Below, one piece after another: positions 8,620-16,982 of a stretch of 32,000 nt of DNA (position 1 is its first letter; each line of letters starts with the position of its first letter). The position numbers and the translations under genes are program-made. The notes below the pieces were generated by a model, which worked only from the letters and a program-made list of their open reading frames with translations, was not told the origin of the DNA and made no database searches. The stretch lies in contig JAHEZK010000011.1 of assembly GCA_023251115.1 (NCBI GenBank), positions 1 through 32,000 on the forward strand, in the 5' to 3' direction. The DNA comes from Nitrososphaeraceae archaeon. GTDB lineage: Archaea > Thermoproteota > Nitrososphaeria > Nitrososphaerales > Nitrososphaeraceae.

Positions 8620-9318
8620 TTATTTAATTGAAAAACTTGTTTCCGCTGTGTTAATGCCTGAATTTACTGATGCTGAATAATTTCCCGACGGTGCTTGATT
8701 TCCGTCAATACCTATTTGATCCCATTGAAGGGATTTTGAATCACCTGGACCGAGAATCGTTATCACCTGCGAAGATAGAATCGGATATAATTCATTTGAT
8801 GCCAAGTTTCTTATCTTAAGCCCCAACGCAGAGTTTGGAAATGTTAATTGTTCTGATCCCAAGTACTTTATCGAAATGCTAACAATCTCTCCAGGATTGT
8901 AAATTTGCTTATCAGTTGTAATGCTTATCATATCACTTATTGAATTTTTGATTTCTCCATCAACTAATGTATCATTAGCCAAGTTAGTTTCATTTTGAAC
9001 AATGTTTGAATTATTAACTATTAAACCAGTGCCGCCGATTGAACCTTGTCCATTTTCAGTTTTTCCCGCAGCTGGGACGTTCACAGTCATATTATGAGCA
9101 TCCGTTTGATTTTCATTCTGTCTATCACATTCAGATTCAAGTGGACAAATCTGTCCACCTTCAGACAACGCATTTTCAACCCAAGCATCAGATGCAAATA
9201 TCTTGAAGTTGTTTAGTTGAATCGACGATAAAACAGAAACCAACACTAGAGAATAACTGAAAAGCAAAATAGTAAAGTTGCCATCGCCTCTTACTCTTCG
9301 ATTATTGTGTTCGATCAT
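8620..9318 (-). CDS. Hypothetical secreted/cell-surface protein
   Basis: 232 aa. N-terminal hydrophobic anchor (FTILLFSYSLVLVSVLSSI), Asn/Thr-rich middle with several N-x-S/T sequons, beta-rich C-terminal domain. No diagnostic motif. Confidence 0.55.
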   Translation of the reverse strand: MIEHNNRRVRGDGNFTILLFSYSLVLVSVLSSIQLNNFKIFASDAWVENALSEGGQICPLESECDRQNENQTDAHNMTVNVPAAGKTENGQGSIGGTGLIVNNSNIVQNETNLANDTLVDGEIKNSISDMISITTDKQIYNPGEIVSISIKYLGSEQLTFPNSALGLKIRNLASNELYPILSSQVITILGPGDSKSLQWDQIGIDGNQAPSGNYSASVNSGINTAETSFSIK

Positions 9319-9449
9319 GATAAATTCTAGTAAACATCATTTTTAATCGTTGCTTAACTTCAAATTGGTTTTTTGTCGTTTCTAAATTCTGCTTATTTCC
9401 ACTTAATTTTATAAAGTTTATAACAAATGCAGTTCATTATCGCTTTGTT

Positions 9450-9671
9450 ATGACTCATCATGTTGCAAAGATAATCGAAATAATAGGAAGCTCCGATAAA
9501 GGATGGGAAGATGCTGCACAAGTTGCAGTTGATGAAGCAAAGAAGACCTTGCATGGAATTCATGGTCTCGAAGTTGTCGATATGACTGCGAATGTGGATC
9601 CTGGCTCAGGAAAAATATCGAAATATCGAACCTGCGTAAAGGTATCATTTGCTGTTGATAGTTCCCCTTAG
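9450..9671 (+). CDS. Dodecin family flavin-binding protein
   Basis: 73 aa. HVAKIIEIIGSSDKGWEDAAQVAVDEAKKTLHGIHGLEVVD...KYRTCVKVSF follows the dodecin consensus (YKxxEIxGSS..WEDA...A.KT....EV...G.I..Y....KV.F). Confidence 0.85.
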   Translation: MTHHVAKIIEIIGSSDKGWEDAAQVAVDEAKKTLHGIHGLEVVDMTANVDPGSGKISKYRTCVKVSFAVDSSP

Positions 9672-9699
9672 CTAGCGCGCCTGATGAAAATCACTGGAG

Positions 9700-9894
9700 T
9701 TGGTCAGATATGGAGAGGACCATATAGACAAACGTAAATTCTTAATCCAGATGACTTTGTATTATCAGGTTCAAATAGAAATGGAACATGAGAATGATGA
9801 ACCGGTTATGTGTAGTAAATGTAATAAAACATTTGAAAGTGAATCTGAATATCTAGAGCACTATAATGAAAAGCATAAACCCGAAAATACTTGA
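9700..9894 (+). CDS. Small C2H2 zinc-finger protein
   Basis: C-terminal CSKCNKTFESESEYLEHYNEKH fits C-x2-C-x12-H-x4-H with the conserved F and L. Listed start is TTG 9700; in-frame ATG at 9751 would give 47 aa. Confidence 0.5.
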   Translation: MVRYGEDHIDKRKFLIQMTLYYQVQIEMEHENDEPVMCSKCNKTFESESEYLEHYNEKHKPENT

Positions 9895-9941
9895 TGGCAT
9901 TATTTTCCCTAGACAAATTATAAAAAAATAAAAAAATTGTG

Positions 9942-11207
9942 TTATTCTTTTTTGGATTTTTTGCCCTCATCTAGATTATCGGCTCCCTTCTCATTGACGG
10001 TAAATCTTACTTCACTATATGGATGATATGGGGAGTCAATCATTTTTGCTATTCTATTTTCGCCGGATTTTCTCAGGTATACTCTATAAGTTGAAGCATG
10101 GCCAATTACATTTCCACCAGTAGGTTTTGTTGGGTCACCAAAGAATGTGTCTGGAGTAGATTGCACTTGGTTTGTAACAATTATTGCAATGTTATAAATT
10201 TCTGAAATTCTAAGAAGTTTATGCATAATAGAATTAAGTCTTTGTTGTCTATCGGCAAGTGTTCCTCTACCAGAGAATTCTGCTCTATGTAATGAGATTA
10301 TACTATCGACAATTACTAATTTTGCTTTGTAATCATCTATATATTTGCCAAGATTTTTAACGATTAACTCTAGATGTGCACTATTATAGACTTTACACAC
10401 GGCTACATTTTGCAGTGCTTGCACTGGATCTATATTTCTATTGCTAGATATTTGCTCCAGTCTTTCAGGTCTAAATGTTCCTTCAGTATCAATGTAAATA
10501 ACGCCGCTATTTAATCCACCCAATTCAGTTGGTTGTCCAGCAGTAATACACATAGTGTGACATATCTGAGACTTGCCTGAGCCAAATTCGCCATAAAGTT
10601 CAGTAACTGCCTGTGTTTCGATACCGCCAAGGAATAGATCATCAAGCATACTTGAACCAGTAGAACATCGTAACAAAGATCTTCTTTTCTGAAGTGCAGT
10701 ATCAGCAGTAATGAATTCTTTATTGAGAACATCTGATTCTCTTAGGAGTTTTTGGGCTGCCATTATAAATGAAGCTGCACTATCTTTGGATGCATTAATA
10801 TCTACAGCTAGATCTTCAACGCCGGCTACAGCAAGATCCATCACAGAAAAAATTCCTGCTTCTCTCAGTTTTTTAGCAGTTGTAGGACCTATTCCTTCAA
10901 TATCCTGAATTTCAAGATTAGTTAGATCGGTAATCTGAGATTGTTCTGATAATGTACTTAATGATGCTTCACTATTCATAACGGTATTTTCATTATCTTC
11001 TTTTACTGGTTGTTCGGCTTCGTTTACAATATTTTCGGCATAATCATTAGAAATATTTTCAGTATTGTCTTTTTTTTCTTCCTGCATGTGAGAATTTGAA
11101 TAAGTCGGTTTTTTGTTTCTCATTCTATACATCATGTAGCGAATTACATTTAAGGCTTGACACACTAGTAGGAGGGTGGGTGGGTGGTACGCTCTTACAA
11201 AATCCAT
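9942..11207 (-). CDS. radA: DNA repair and recombination protein RadA
   Basis: HhH module IEGIGPTTAKKLREAGI, Walker A GEFGSGKSQ, Walker B KLVIVDS, and TNQV. The first ~95 aa of the listed ORF are not RadA-like; Met77 (start 10979) gives a typical ~345-aa RadA. Confidence 0.95.
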   Translation of the reverse strand: MDFVRAYHPPTLLLVCQALNVIRYMMYRMRNKKPTYSNSHMQEEKKDNTENISNDYAENIVNEAEQPVKEDNENTVMNSEASLSTLSEQSQITDLTNLEIQDIEGIGPTTAKKLREAGIFSVMDLAVAGVEDLAVDINASKDSAASFIMAAQKLLRESDVLNKEFITADTALQKRRSLLRCSTGSSMLDDLFLGGIETQAVTELYGEFGSGKSQICHTMCITAGQPTELGGLNSGVIYIDTEGTFRPERLEQISSNRNIDPVQALQNVAVCKVYNSAHLELIVKNLGKYIDDYKAKLVIVDSIISLHRAEFSGRGTLADRQQRLNSIMHKLLRISEIYNIAIIVTNQVQSTPDTFFGDPTKPTGGNVIGHASTYRVYLRKSGENRIAKMIDSPYHPYSEVRFTVNEKGADNLDEGKKSKKE

Positions 11208-11323
11208 TCAATTTGAACTAATATTGTAGATCGTATTGGATTTCAAGCACTCTAAAATGAAAAATTATTAAGGTGAGATGATTTAAATCTACTCATTATC
11301 GCTACAAGAGGTAAAAATTGTAA

Positions 11324-13183
11324 ATGTTCCCAATTGAGCTACTAAGAGTGCAGATTTCAAGTAAGAAGAATCAAATAAAGCCAGTATTTATTGACTGTGA
11401 AAAAGATAACCAACCATCCTTACCATCAAAAATTATTAAAATGTATGAAGATATGGCAGATAGGAAATTATTAAAGTCAAATGTAGATCAAAATCTTTCA
11501 GAGATAGAAGCAAAAAACCTAGACTATAAACTTGTTAGGGCCATATGTCATCTTTTAGAACAGAGATGCGAGTATGCATCGCAAAGCGGATTTTCTAATG
11601 CAAGGAACAATGATACAATCAATGCCATACACCTTAGAAGGCAAATATTCGAAATAGCTTCTCTGCTGGGTTATCCTGTAACAGAAAACGAAAGAGAGAA
11701 TATTCTTCAAGAAATTGCTTCAAAAAATAATCTATCTGTAAATGATGTGGAAATGGCAATGTGGGATGACCTTGAGAAAAATAAATATTTGAAAAATTTT
11801 GATTCATTGACTTCATTACAATTGGTTGCATGGTACAATGTTTCCGCTCTTCAAACCCTTTTGCTAAACAGTGTAAAAATGGAATTTAGTATCTATGGTG
11901 GTTTCAGTTGGAAGAAAATCTTGCGCAAGATAAAACAACTTGGACTGATGTACTCTTTGTACCGTGAATCCAATTACGGATCAGAATCAAATGCTCATCC
12001 AAAAAAGGAGGAAATGTTATTGAAAAATAAAAAGGAAAACAAAGTTATATGCACAGTTAATGGTCCGCTTAGCATTGTAAGATTGACTGATAGATACGGT
12101 ATGGCAATGGCTAAATTAATTCCTTCAATAATCTTTAGTGAAAATTGGTCCATTAATGCAACAATATTAAGAAAATCTATCTCCGGTATGAAAAAGACCT
12201 ATGATTTTGAGCTCTCAAGTACAGACAAGGATATACCTCTATTTGATGCGTCAACTTTTCACATTCAATCAGAGCAAAAGTCAGGACCAAGATTATCATA
12301 TGACAACTACGGCATGGAGTACTTTGATAGCAGTGTTGAAAAAAAATTTATGGATAAATTTCTCAAGTTTTCTATTGGATGGCACCTGGTCAGAGAACCG
12401 GATCCATTGATACTTTCGAACGGTAAAGCATTCATACCTGATTTTGTATTTGAAAAATATGGCGTTAAAGTCTATTTAGAGATAGTAGGTTTCTGGACTG
12501 AGGACTACTTGAAAAGGAAATTAGAAAAGATAAAAGACTTGACCAGTAAATCTGAAACTGGAACTTCAACCGGTCCTGATTTGTTAATTGTTGCAAATAT
12601 GGATAATTGTATTTCTGAAAACGGTAAAAAGATTCCCATCGATTCTGTGTTTTCTAAATTTGTGAATAAAAAACATTTAATTTTTTATAGAAAAGACGAA
12701 ATTCCATTTGGTCCAATAATTAGCTATCTAAAGGATATCGATTACAAAATCATTGACAAGATATCGGTCAATCTACATGATACGATTGCTTTAGAAATGG
12801 ATAAGGAAATTCATGACAGGCAAAGAAATAGTGTTATATCACTTAAAGAAATCTCAGACAGGTGCAAGATTCCAATTGAATCAGTGGTAAAGACCATTAG
12901 AAACCTTCAATTAAATACTGACAATTCAGAAAAAGTGATGACAGATAAACTGAGGGAATTCTTATTAGTTGACAATTATTTGATTTCTAATAATAAAATT
13001 AGCGAATTGTTACCAGAGCTTGATAAAATTGGCAAGCTACAGGATGCAGTTAGACTGTTGCGTCAAAGTAATATACCTGAAGAATGTGTTACCTTACTTA
13101 TTACAAAAATGGGTTATGAAATTATTTGGAACGGTATTGATTCAAATAACGCGCAAGTTCAACGACAAACTATGAATACCTAA
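11324..13183 (+). CDS. DUF790 / Bax1-like endonuclease family protein, long form
   Basis: 619 aa. The central segment FIPDFVFEKYGVKVYLEIVGFWTEDYLKRKLEKIK matches my recollection of the DUF790 nuclease core (PD...E-x-V-GFWT..YL..K). About 150 extra C-terminal residues. Family call needs an HMM check. Confidence 0.6.
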   Translation: MFPIELLRVQISSKKNQIKPVFIDCEKDNQPSLPSKIIKMYEDMADRKLLKSNVDQNLSEIEAKNLDYKLVRAICHLLEQRCEYASQSGFSNARNNDTINAIHLRRQIFEIASLLGYPVTENERENILQEIASKNNLSVNDVEMAMWDDLEKNKYLKNFDSLTSLQLVAWYNVSALQTLLLNSVKMEFSIYGGFSWKKILRKIKQLGLMYSLYRESNYGSESNAHPKKEEMLLKNKKENKVICTVNGPLSIVRLTDRYGMAMAKLIPSIIFSENWSINATILRKSISGMKKTYDFELSSTDKDIPLFDASTFHIQSEQKSGPRLSYDNYGMEYFDSSVEKKFMDKFLKFSIGWHLVREPDPLILSNGKAFIPDFVFEKYGVKVYLEIVGFWTEDYLKRKLEKIKDLTSKSETGTSTGPDLLIVANMDNCISENGKKIPIDSVFSKFVNKKHLIFYRKDEIPFGPIISYLKDIDYKIIDKISVNLHDTIALEMDKEIHDRQRNSVISLKEISDRCKIPIESVVKTIRNLQLNTDNSEKVMTDKLREFLLVDNYLISNNKISELLPELDKIGKLQDAVRLLRQSNIPEECVTLLITKMGYEIIWNGIDSNNAQVQRQTMNT

Positions 13184-13273
13184 CAAACTTGCTTGAAATC
13201 AGCTACACTGTAAGTGAAATTTTGTTAAAAGAGAAATAGTATATATGTTGAGGATGTATTACAAATTGAGATA

Positions 13274-13591
13274 TTGCAATCAACTGACAGAGAGGATATA
13301 TGGCTTAAAAACATCAAAGGAAATTGGAGAGATTCATCATGCCCGTGTGGCAGTAATTTTCATTTTAATGGAAATATCGATGAGTTATTTTCCTGGGAAC
13401 GCATACACCTGAGACACATGACATCTGATCCTGAAAATCATGCAATGCTGTCGCTTTATCCAACAGATATGGTTATTTTTTATCATTCTACGAGTGGATA
13501 TACAGTCGAGATTAGAAAACATAAACCTCATGAGATCAAGGATTTGCAAAACGCATGTCTTTATGGAAATGTCAAGCTTGCAGGAGTATGA
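13274..13591 (+). CDS. Hypothetical protein (weak call)
   Basis: 105-aa ORF with TTG start in a 540-bp region where three overlapping ORFs on both strands compete. No motif recognised. Confidence 0.25.
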   Translation: MQSTDREDIWLKNIKGNWRDSSCPCGSNFHFNGNIDELFSWERIHLRHMTSDPENHAMLSLYPTDMVIFYHSTSGYTVEIRKHKPHEIKDLQNACLYGNVKLAGV

Positions 13592-13721
13592 CTTCTGTAG
13601 ACTGGCACGGGCAGAATTCATTTAATATGAAATTATCAATACTTTGGAAATACTCTGCAATCCTATTCTAATTAGACAACTTACATAAAAGCAAATATCA
13701 GTAAAAGTATGAATAAAAGCT

Positions 13722-14279
13722 ATGAATCTACCGACTGGATGGACTCTCGAATCATCACGGAAAATATACTCCAACAAATATATCGAACTGTATGAGGACG
13801 TACTGGACATTAATAACAAAAAGAAGATCTATACAAGAGCAAGAAGAAAAGACTATTCTACGATAGTACCGTTTGTTTCAGATAATGAGATTCTCGCAAT
13901 CAAAAGTTACAGACATTTGGTCAATTCATATCAAATTGAAGCCCCTTCTGGCTATATTGACCCAGGCGAGACACCATTACAGGCAGCGATGAGAGAATTA
14001 AAAGAGGAAACAGGCTACAGAGCAAATAATATTATCGACCTGGGTTCATACACATTGGATTATACCATGTTTGAACAGACAGGCAATTTGTTTGTGGGTT
14101 ACGATTTGGTTAATGAGAGGAAACAGAATTTGGGTATGATGGAGATAATAGAGACGGCGATTCTGCCAATTGATGAAATTAAAATGTTACTATATGATGG
14201 AAAAATATTAAATGCATCTTCGATTGTTGCTTTTTACAAATCATTGGACTTTCATCTAAATTACAAAAATAAAAAATGA
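13722..14279 (+). CDS. NUDIX hydrolase (ADP-ribose pyrophosphatase-like)
   Basis: 185 aa. Nudix box GYIDPGETPLQAAMRELKEETGY (G-x5-E-x7-REUxEExGU). Confidence 0.9.
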   Translation: MNLPTGWTLESSRKIYSNKYIELYEDVLDINNKKKIYTRARRKDYSTIVPFVSDNEILAIKSYRHLVNSYQIEAPSGYIDPGETPLQAAMRELKEETGYRANNIIDLGSYTLDYTMFEQTGNLFVGYDLVNERKQNLGMMEIIETAILPIDEIKMLLYDGKILNASSIVAFYKSLDFHLNYKNKK

Positions 14280-14334
14280 AATGGTATTGTAATTGAAGGA
14301 CTTTGATAAATAATGATATTATTGCAAATGCGAA

Positions 14335-15663
14335 TTGATCAAGCAAAGAGATGAAAATAATTTGCGCGACAATTATGATGTATTGATCATTGGTGGTGGC
14401 ATATTAGGCTGTTCCATTGCTTATTTCCTTTCCATCATGACAAATTCCTCAATTATGCTAATGGAAAAGGAAAAAAACGTTGGTCTGCATACAAGCAGCA
14501 GGAATACTGGAAAAGTTCATGCGCCCTTTTACTATGACCCAGAAAAAAAACCGTCCACTGCAGCCTACACAATAAGGGGATATGAAATGATAAAGCGTTA
14601 TTGCGCGTTTCATAGTTTACCGTTTAAAGAAGATGGAGTTGTTGAAGTTGCAACAGATGACAGGGAAATTGATGTCTTGATCAAACACGTTGAATGGGCA
14701 CGCAGGAACGGACTGAATAATGAGGAAATAAAATTTTTAAGTAAAAATGAAATGCTTGAGATTGAGCCTAATGTAAAGTGTGAATCTGGACTTGTGTGTT
14801 TCCGGGACGCCTCAACTGATTATGGTCTCATAAATCAAAAACTAAAGGAAGACGCAGTCAAATTTGGCTGTAATACATCATTTAAAAATAAATTCAGAGA
14901 AATTTGTTCCAATACAAATACAGGAGCAAAGAGAAGAATGACAATAATTGGAACTGCTAAAAATATAACTTCAGATTATGTAATAAATGCAGCTGGGGGT
15001 AATTCGCTAGATATTGCGCATAGTGTTGATCTTGCCAAGGAATTTACTGACCTACATTTTAGAGGAGAATATTTAACAGCGCCACCAAAATATAGTAACC
15101 TTACCAAAAGAAGTATCTACTCGGTTCCGCGATATACAGATTATCCTTTTTTGGATCCCCACTGGATTAGGAGAGCCGATGGAAGATGCGAAATAGGACC
15201 AAATGCGGTTCCTGTATTTAGTCCGTACTCATATAACTTGGCTGATAACTTGAAAAATGTAGTTCCAAAAATTTTTAAATCCTCTAAATTAGGAGTAGTA
15301 AAATTGTTTTTAAATAAAGAGTTTATACGATTGGTATCGAATGAATTATCTAGTTCTTTATCCAAAACAAACATGATAAATAGGGTAAAGAGATTTTTGC
15401 CCTCATTGAATTCATCTGATTTTAAACAAAGAGGTATGTCTGGTATTAGATCATTGTTAATCGATAAAAATGGAAACTTTGCAGCTGAGAGTCTACTTGT
15501 GGAAAATGAATCTTCGTTGCATATATTGAATTACAATTCGCCTGGTGCGACTGGAGCACTGCCTTTTGCGGCAAATATTGTAAGACAATTGGTTCAAAAG
15601 AATATAGTAAATCCAACATCAAGAAGAGTTGTTGATTCTCCATTTACAGATGAATATATGTAA
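14335..15663 (+). CDS. FAD-dependent oxidoreductase, L-2-hydroxyglutarate oxidase/dehydrogenase-like
   Basis: 442 aa. N-terminal dinucleotide fold YDVLIIGGGILGCSIA. FRGEY...GPNAV and NYNSPGATGALP blocks parallel the E. coli LhgO sequence as I recall it. A TTG start is needed to include the GxGxxG motif. Confidence 0.75.
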   Translation: MIKQRDENNLRDNYDVLIIGGGILGCSIAYFLSIMTNSSIMLMEKEKNVGLHTSSRNTGKVHAPFYYDPEKKPSTAAYTIRGYEMIKRYCAFHSLPFKEDGVVEVATDDREIDVLIKHVEWARRNGLNNEEIKFLSKNEMLEIEPNVKCESGLVCFRDASTDYGLINQKLKEDAVKFGCNTSFKNKFREICSNTNTGAKRRMTIIGTAKNITSDYVINAAGGNSLDIAHSVDLAKEFTDLHFRGEYLTAPPKYSNLTKRSIYSVPRYTDYPFLDPHWIRRADGRCEIGPNAVPVFSPYSYNLADNLKNVVPKIFKSSKLGVVKLFLNKEFIRLVSNELSSSLSKTNMINRVKRFLPSLNSSDFKQRGMSGIRSLLIDKNGNFAAESLLVENESSLHILNYNSPGATGALPFAANIVRQLVQKNIVNPTSRRVVDSPFTDEYM

Positions 15664-15755
15664 TTGTAAGTGTCTCCTGAAAGCATTCTATGATATCTAA
15701 TCTGCATCTAATATTATATTATAGTATATTAAGGGAATTTTGAAATAACTATTGA

Positions 15756-15829
15756 GGGGTTGTTGTCTAGCTTGGTATGATGCCAGCCTCGGGCGCTGGA
15801 GGTCGTCGGTTCAAATCCGACCAGCCCCA
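15756..15829 (+). tRNA. tRNA-Pro (anticodon CGG)
   Basis: Manual cloverleaf. Acceptor GGGGUUG/CAGCCCC. Anticodon stem CCAGC/GCUGG with loop CU-CGG-GC (G37). T arm GUCGG-UUCAAAU-CCGAC. Discriminator A. 74 nt. Confidence 0.9.
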
Positions 15830-15858
15830 TGACTCTAGTAGTTCTCTAATTGGGTTCA
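15808..15858 (+). repeat. attL-like direct repeat (3' part of tRNA-Pro plus 29 nt downstream)
   Basis: Core 15818-15858 matches 30047-30087 at 38/41. The extended repeat 15808-15858 matches 30037-30087 at 45/51. Confidence 0.85.
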
Positions 15859-16650
15859 GTTGAAATAAGAGTGAATAAAATGCAGCAACAAAAACAACAA
15901 AGTCAAGAGGTATCTCTTACCAGTGCATATTCCTTATTTGTATATGCTATAAGAACTCAAATAACAAGGGATTACTATCTTAGAAGATTAAGAGCGTTCT
16001 TTGATTTTATCAAATTACTTCCAAATGCAAAGATAGAACATAGATGCAACCATTTTGCTGCAATTGCTATAAAAGATAATGGATGGACATTTAGTAAAAT
16101 TATTGCTTTTTTACAATTTCAAAAAGAAAGAGTGGAAAGAGAAGAAATTACAGCAGCAACACTCTATAACTTTGTAAAAGCACTCAAGTTATTTTGTGAA
16201 ATGTCTGATGTTCCTGTTTCATGGAAAAAAATAACAAGAGGGCTACCAAAAGTCAGAAGGTTTGCTGATGACAGGCCCCCAACTATAGAGGAAATTCGTA
16301 AAATGATTGAATATCCCGATAGAAGAATGAAGCTAATTATATACACTATGGCTTCTTCTGGAATCAGGCTTTGAGCATGGGATTACTTACGTTGGAAGGA
16401 TGTAGAACGTATTGAAATAATTGCAGTTGCTATGAACTATGATAAAATTTATAGATATTATACCCTTAACAGACAAGAATTAGCACCTGGAGAGGCTCTA
16501 AATCTTTTGAATAATAAGGAACAATTCATTGTATCCTTTGACGGTAAATCATATGAATTGGATGAAAGTTTTTTTAATATTAACTATGGTGACTTATCTA
16601 AAACAAATAGAGATATAATTGATCGCTTGCCGAATAGGCATAAAAATTAA
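15850..16650 (+). pseudogene. Tyrosine recombinase/integrase, decayed
   Basis: N-terminal SAM-like region and the first catalytic-Arg box (IIYTMASSGIRL-stop-AWDYLRWKDV). In-frame TGA at 16372-16374 sits where related integrases carry Gly. The same frame continues to 16650 but contains no HxxR or catalytic Tyr segment. Probable original start is ATG 15880. Confidence 0.7.
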
Positions 16651-16829
16651 TGTTTTATCTTTGTCTAATGAGATTGATATTCATTCGATAAGAAATTATT
16701 AATTATAATCTTGTATTTTGGATTCTATAATCTGAAAATTGTTCATTAGTATCATTATGCGTTGCAGTTGAATAAATCCAAGATATGTTGATACTAGCCT
16801 TTGTACTTCACATTCTTGGTATTCCAGAA

Positions 16830-16858
16830 TGTGGATGTTCTCTCTCTATATGAGATTG
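16830..16858 (+). repeat. 29-bp perfect direct repeat, left copy (pairs with 27953-27981)
   Basis: tgtggatgttctctctctatatgagattg read at both sites. Here it is non-genic: the VDVLSLYEI frame stops after 5 more codons. Confidence 0.9.
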
Positions 16859-16982
16859 CTAGGATATATTAAAAGACATTCATAGCTAAAGCTTTAACTC
16901 ATTAAGTTGACAGATCCGTCTATGCATCAGAAAACTTTTATACAATACTTTCATAGGCCTAATAAAAGGGTTCATTTCAAGA

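Noticed and set aside
9448-9648. 66-aa minus-strand ORF opposite the dodecin gene
   Set aside because: The dodecin frame matches a known family consensus; the antisense frame does not.
10511-12410. Short ORFs within or antisense to radA and the DUF790 gene (10511-10732, 10711-10908, 11634-11831, 12201-12410)
   Set aside because: Embedded in well-supported longer genes, with no independent evidence.
13385-13819. Overlapping ORFs 13385-13621(-), 13440-13625(+), 13622-13819(-)
   Set aside because: Mutually exclusive and motif-free. 13622-13819 overlaps the NUDIX start. Only the 105-aa plus-strand ORF was kept, at low confidence.
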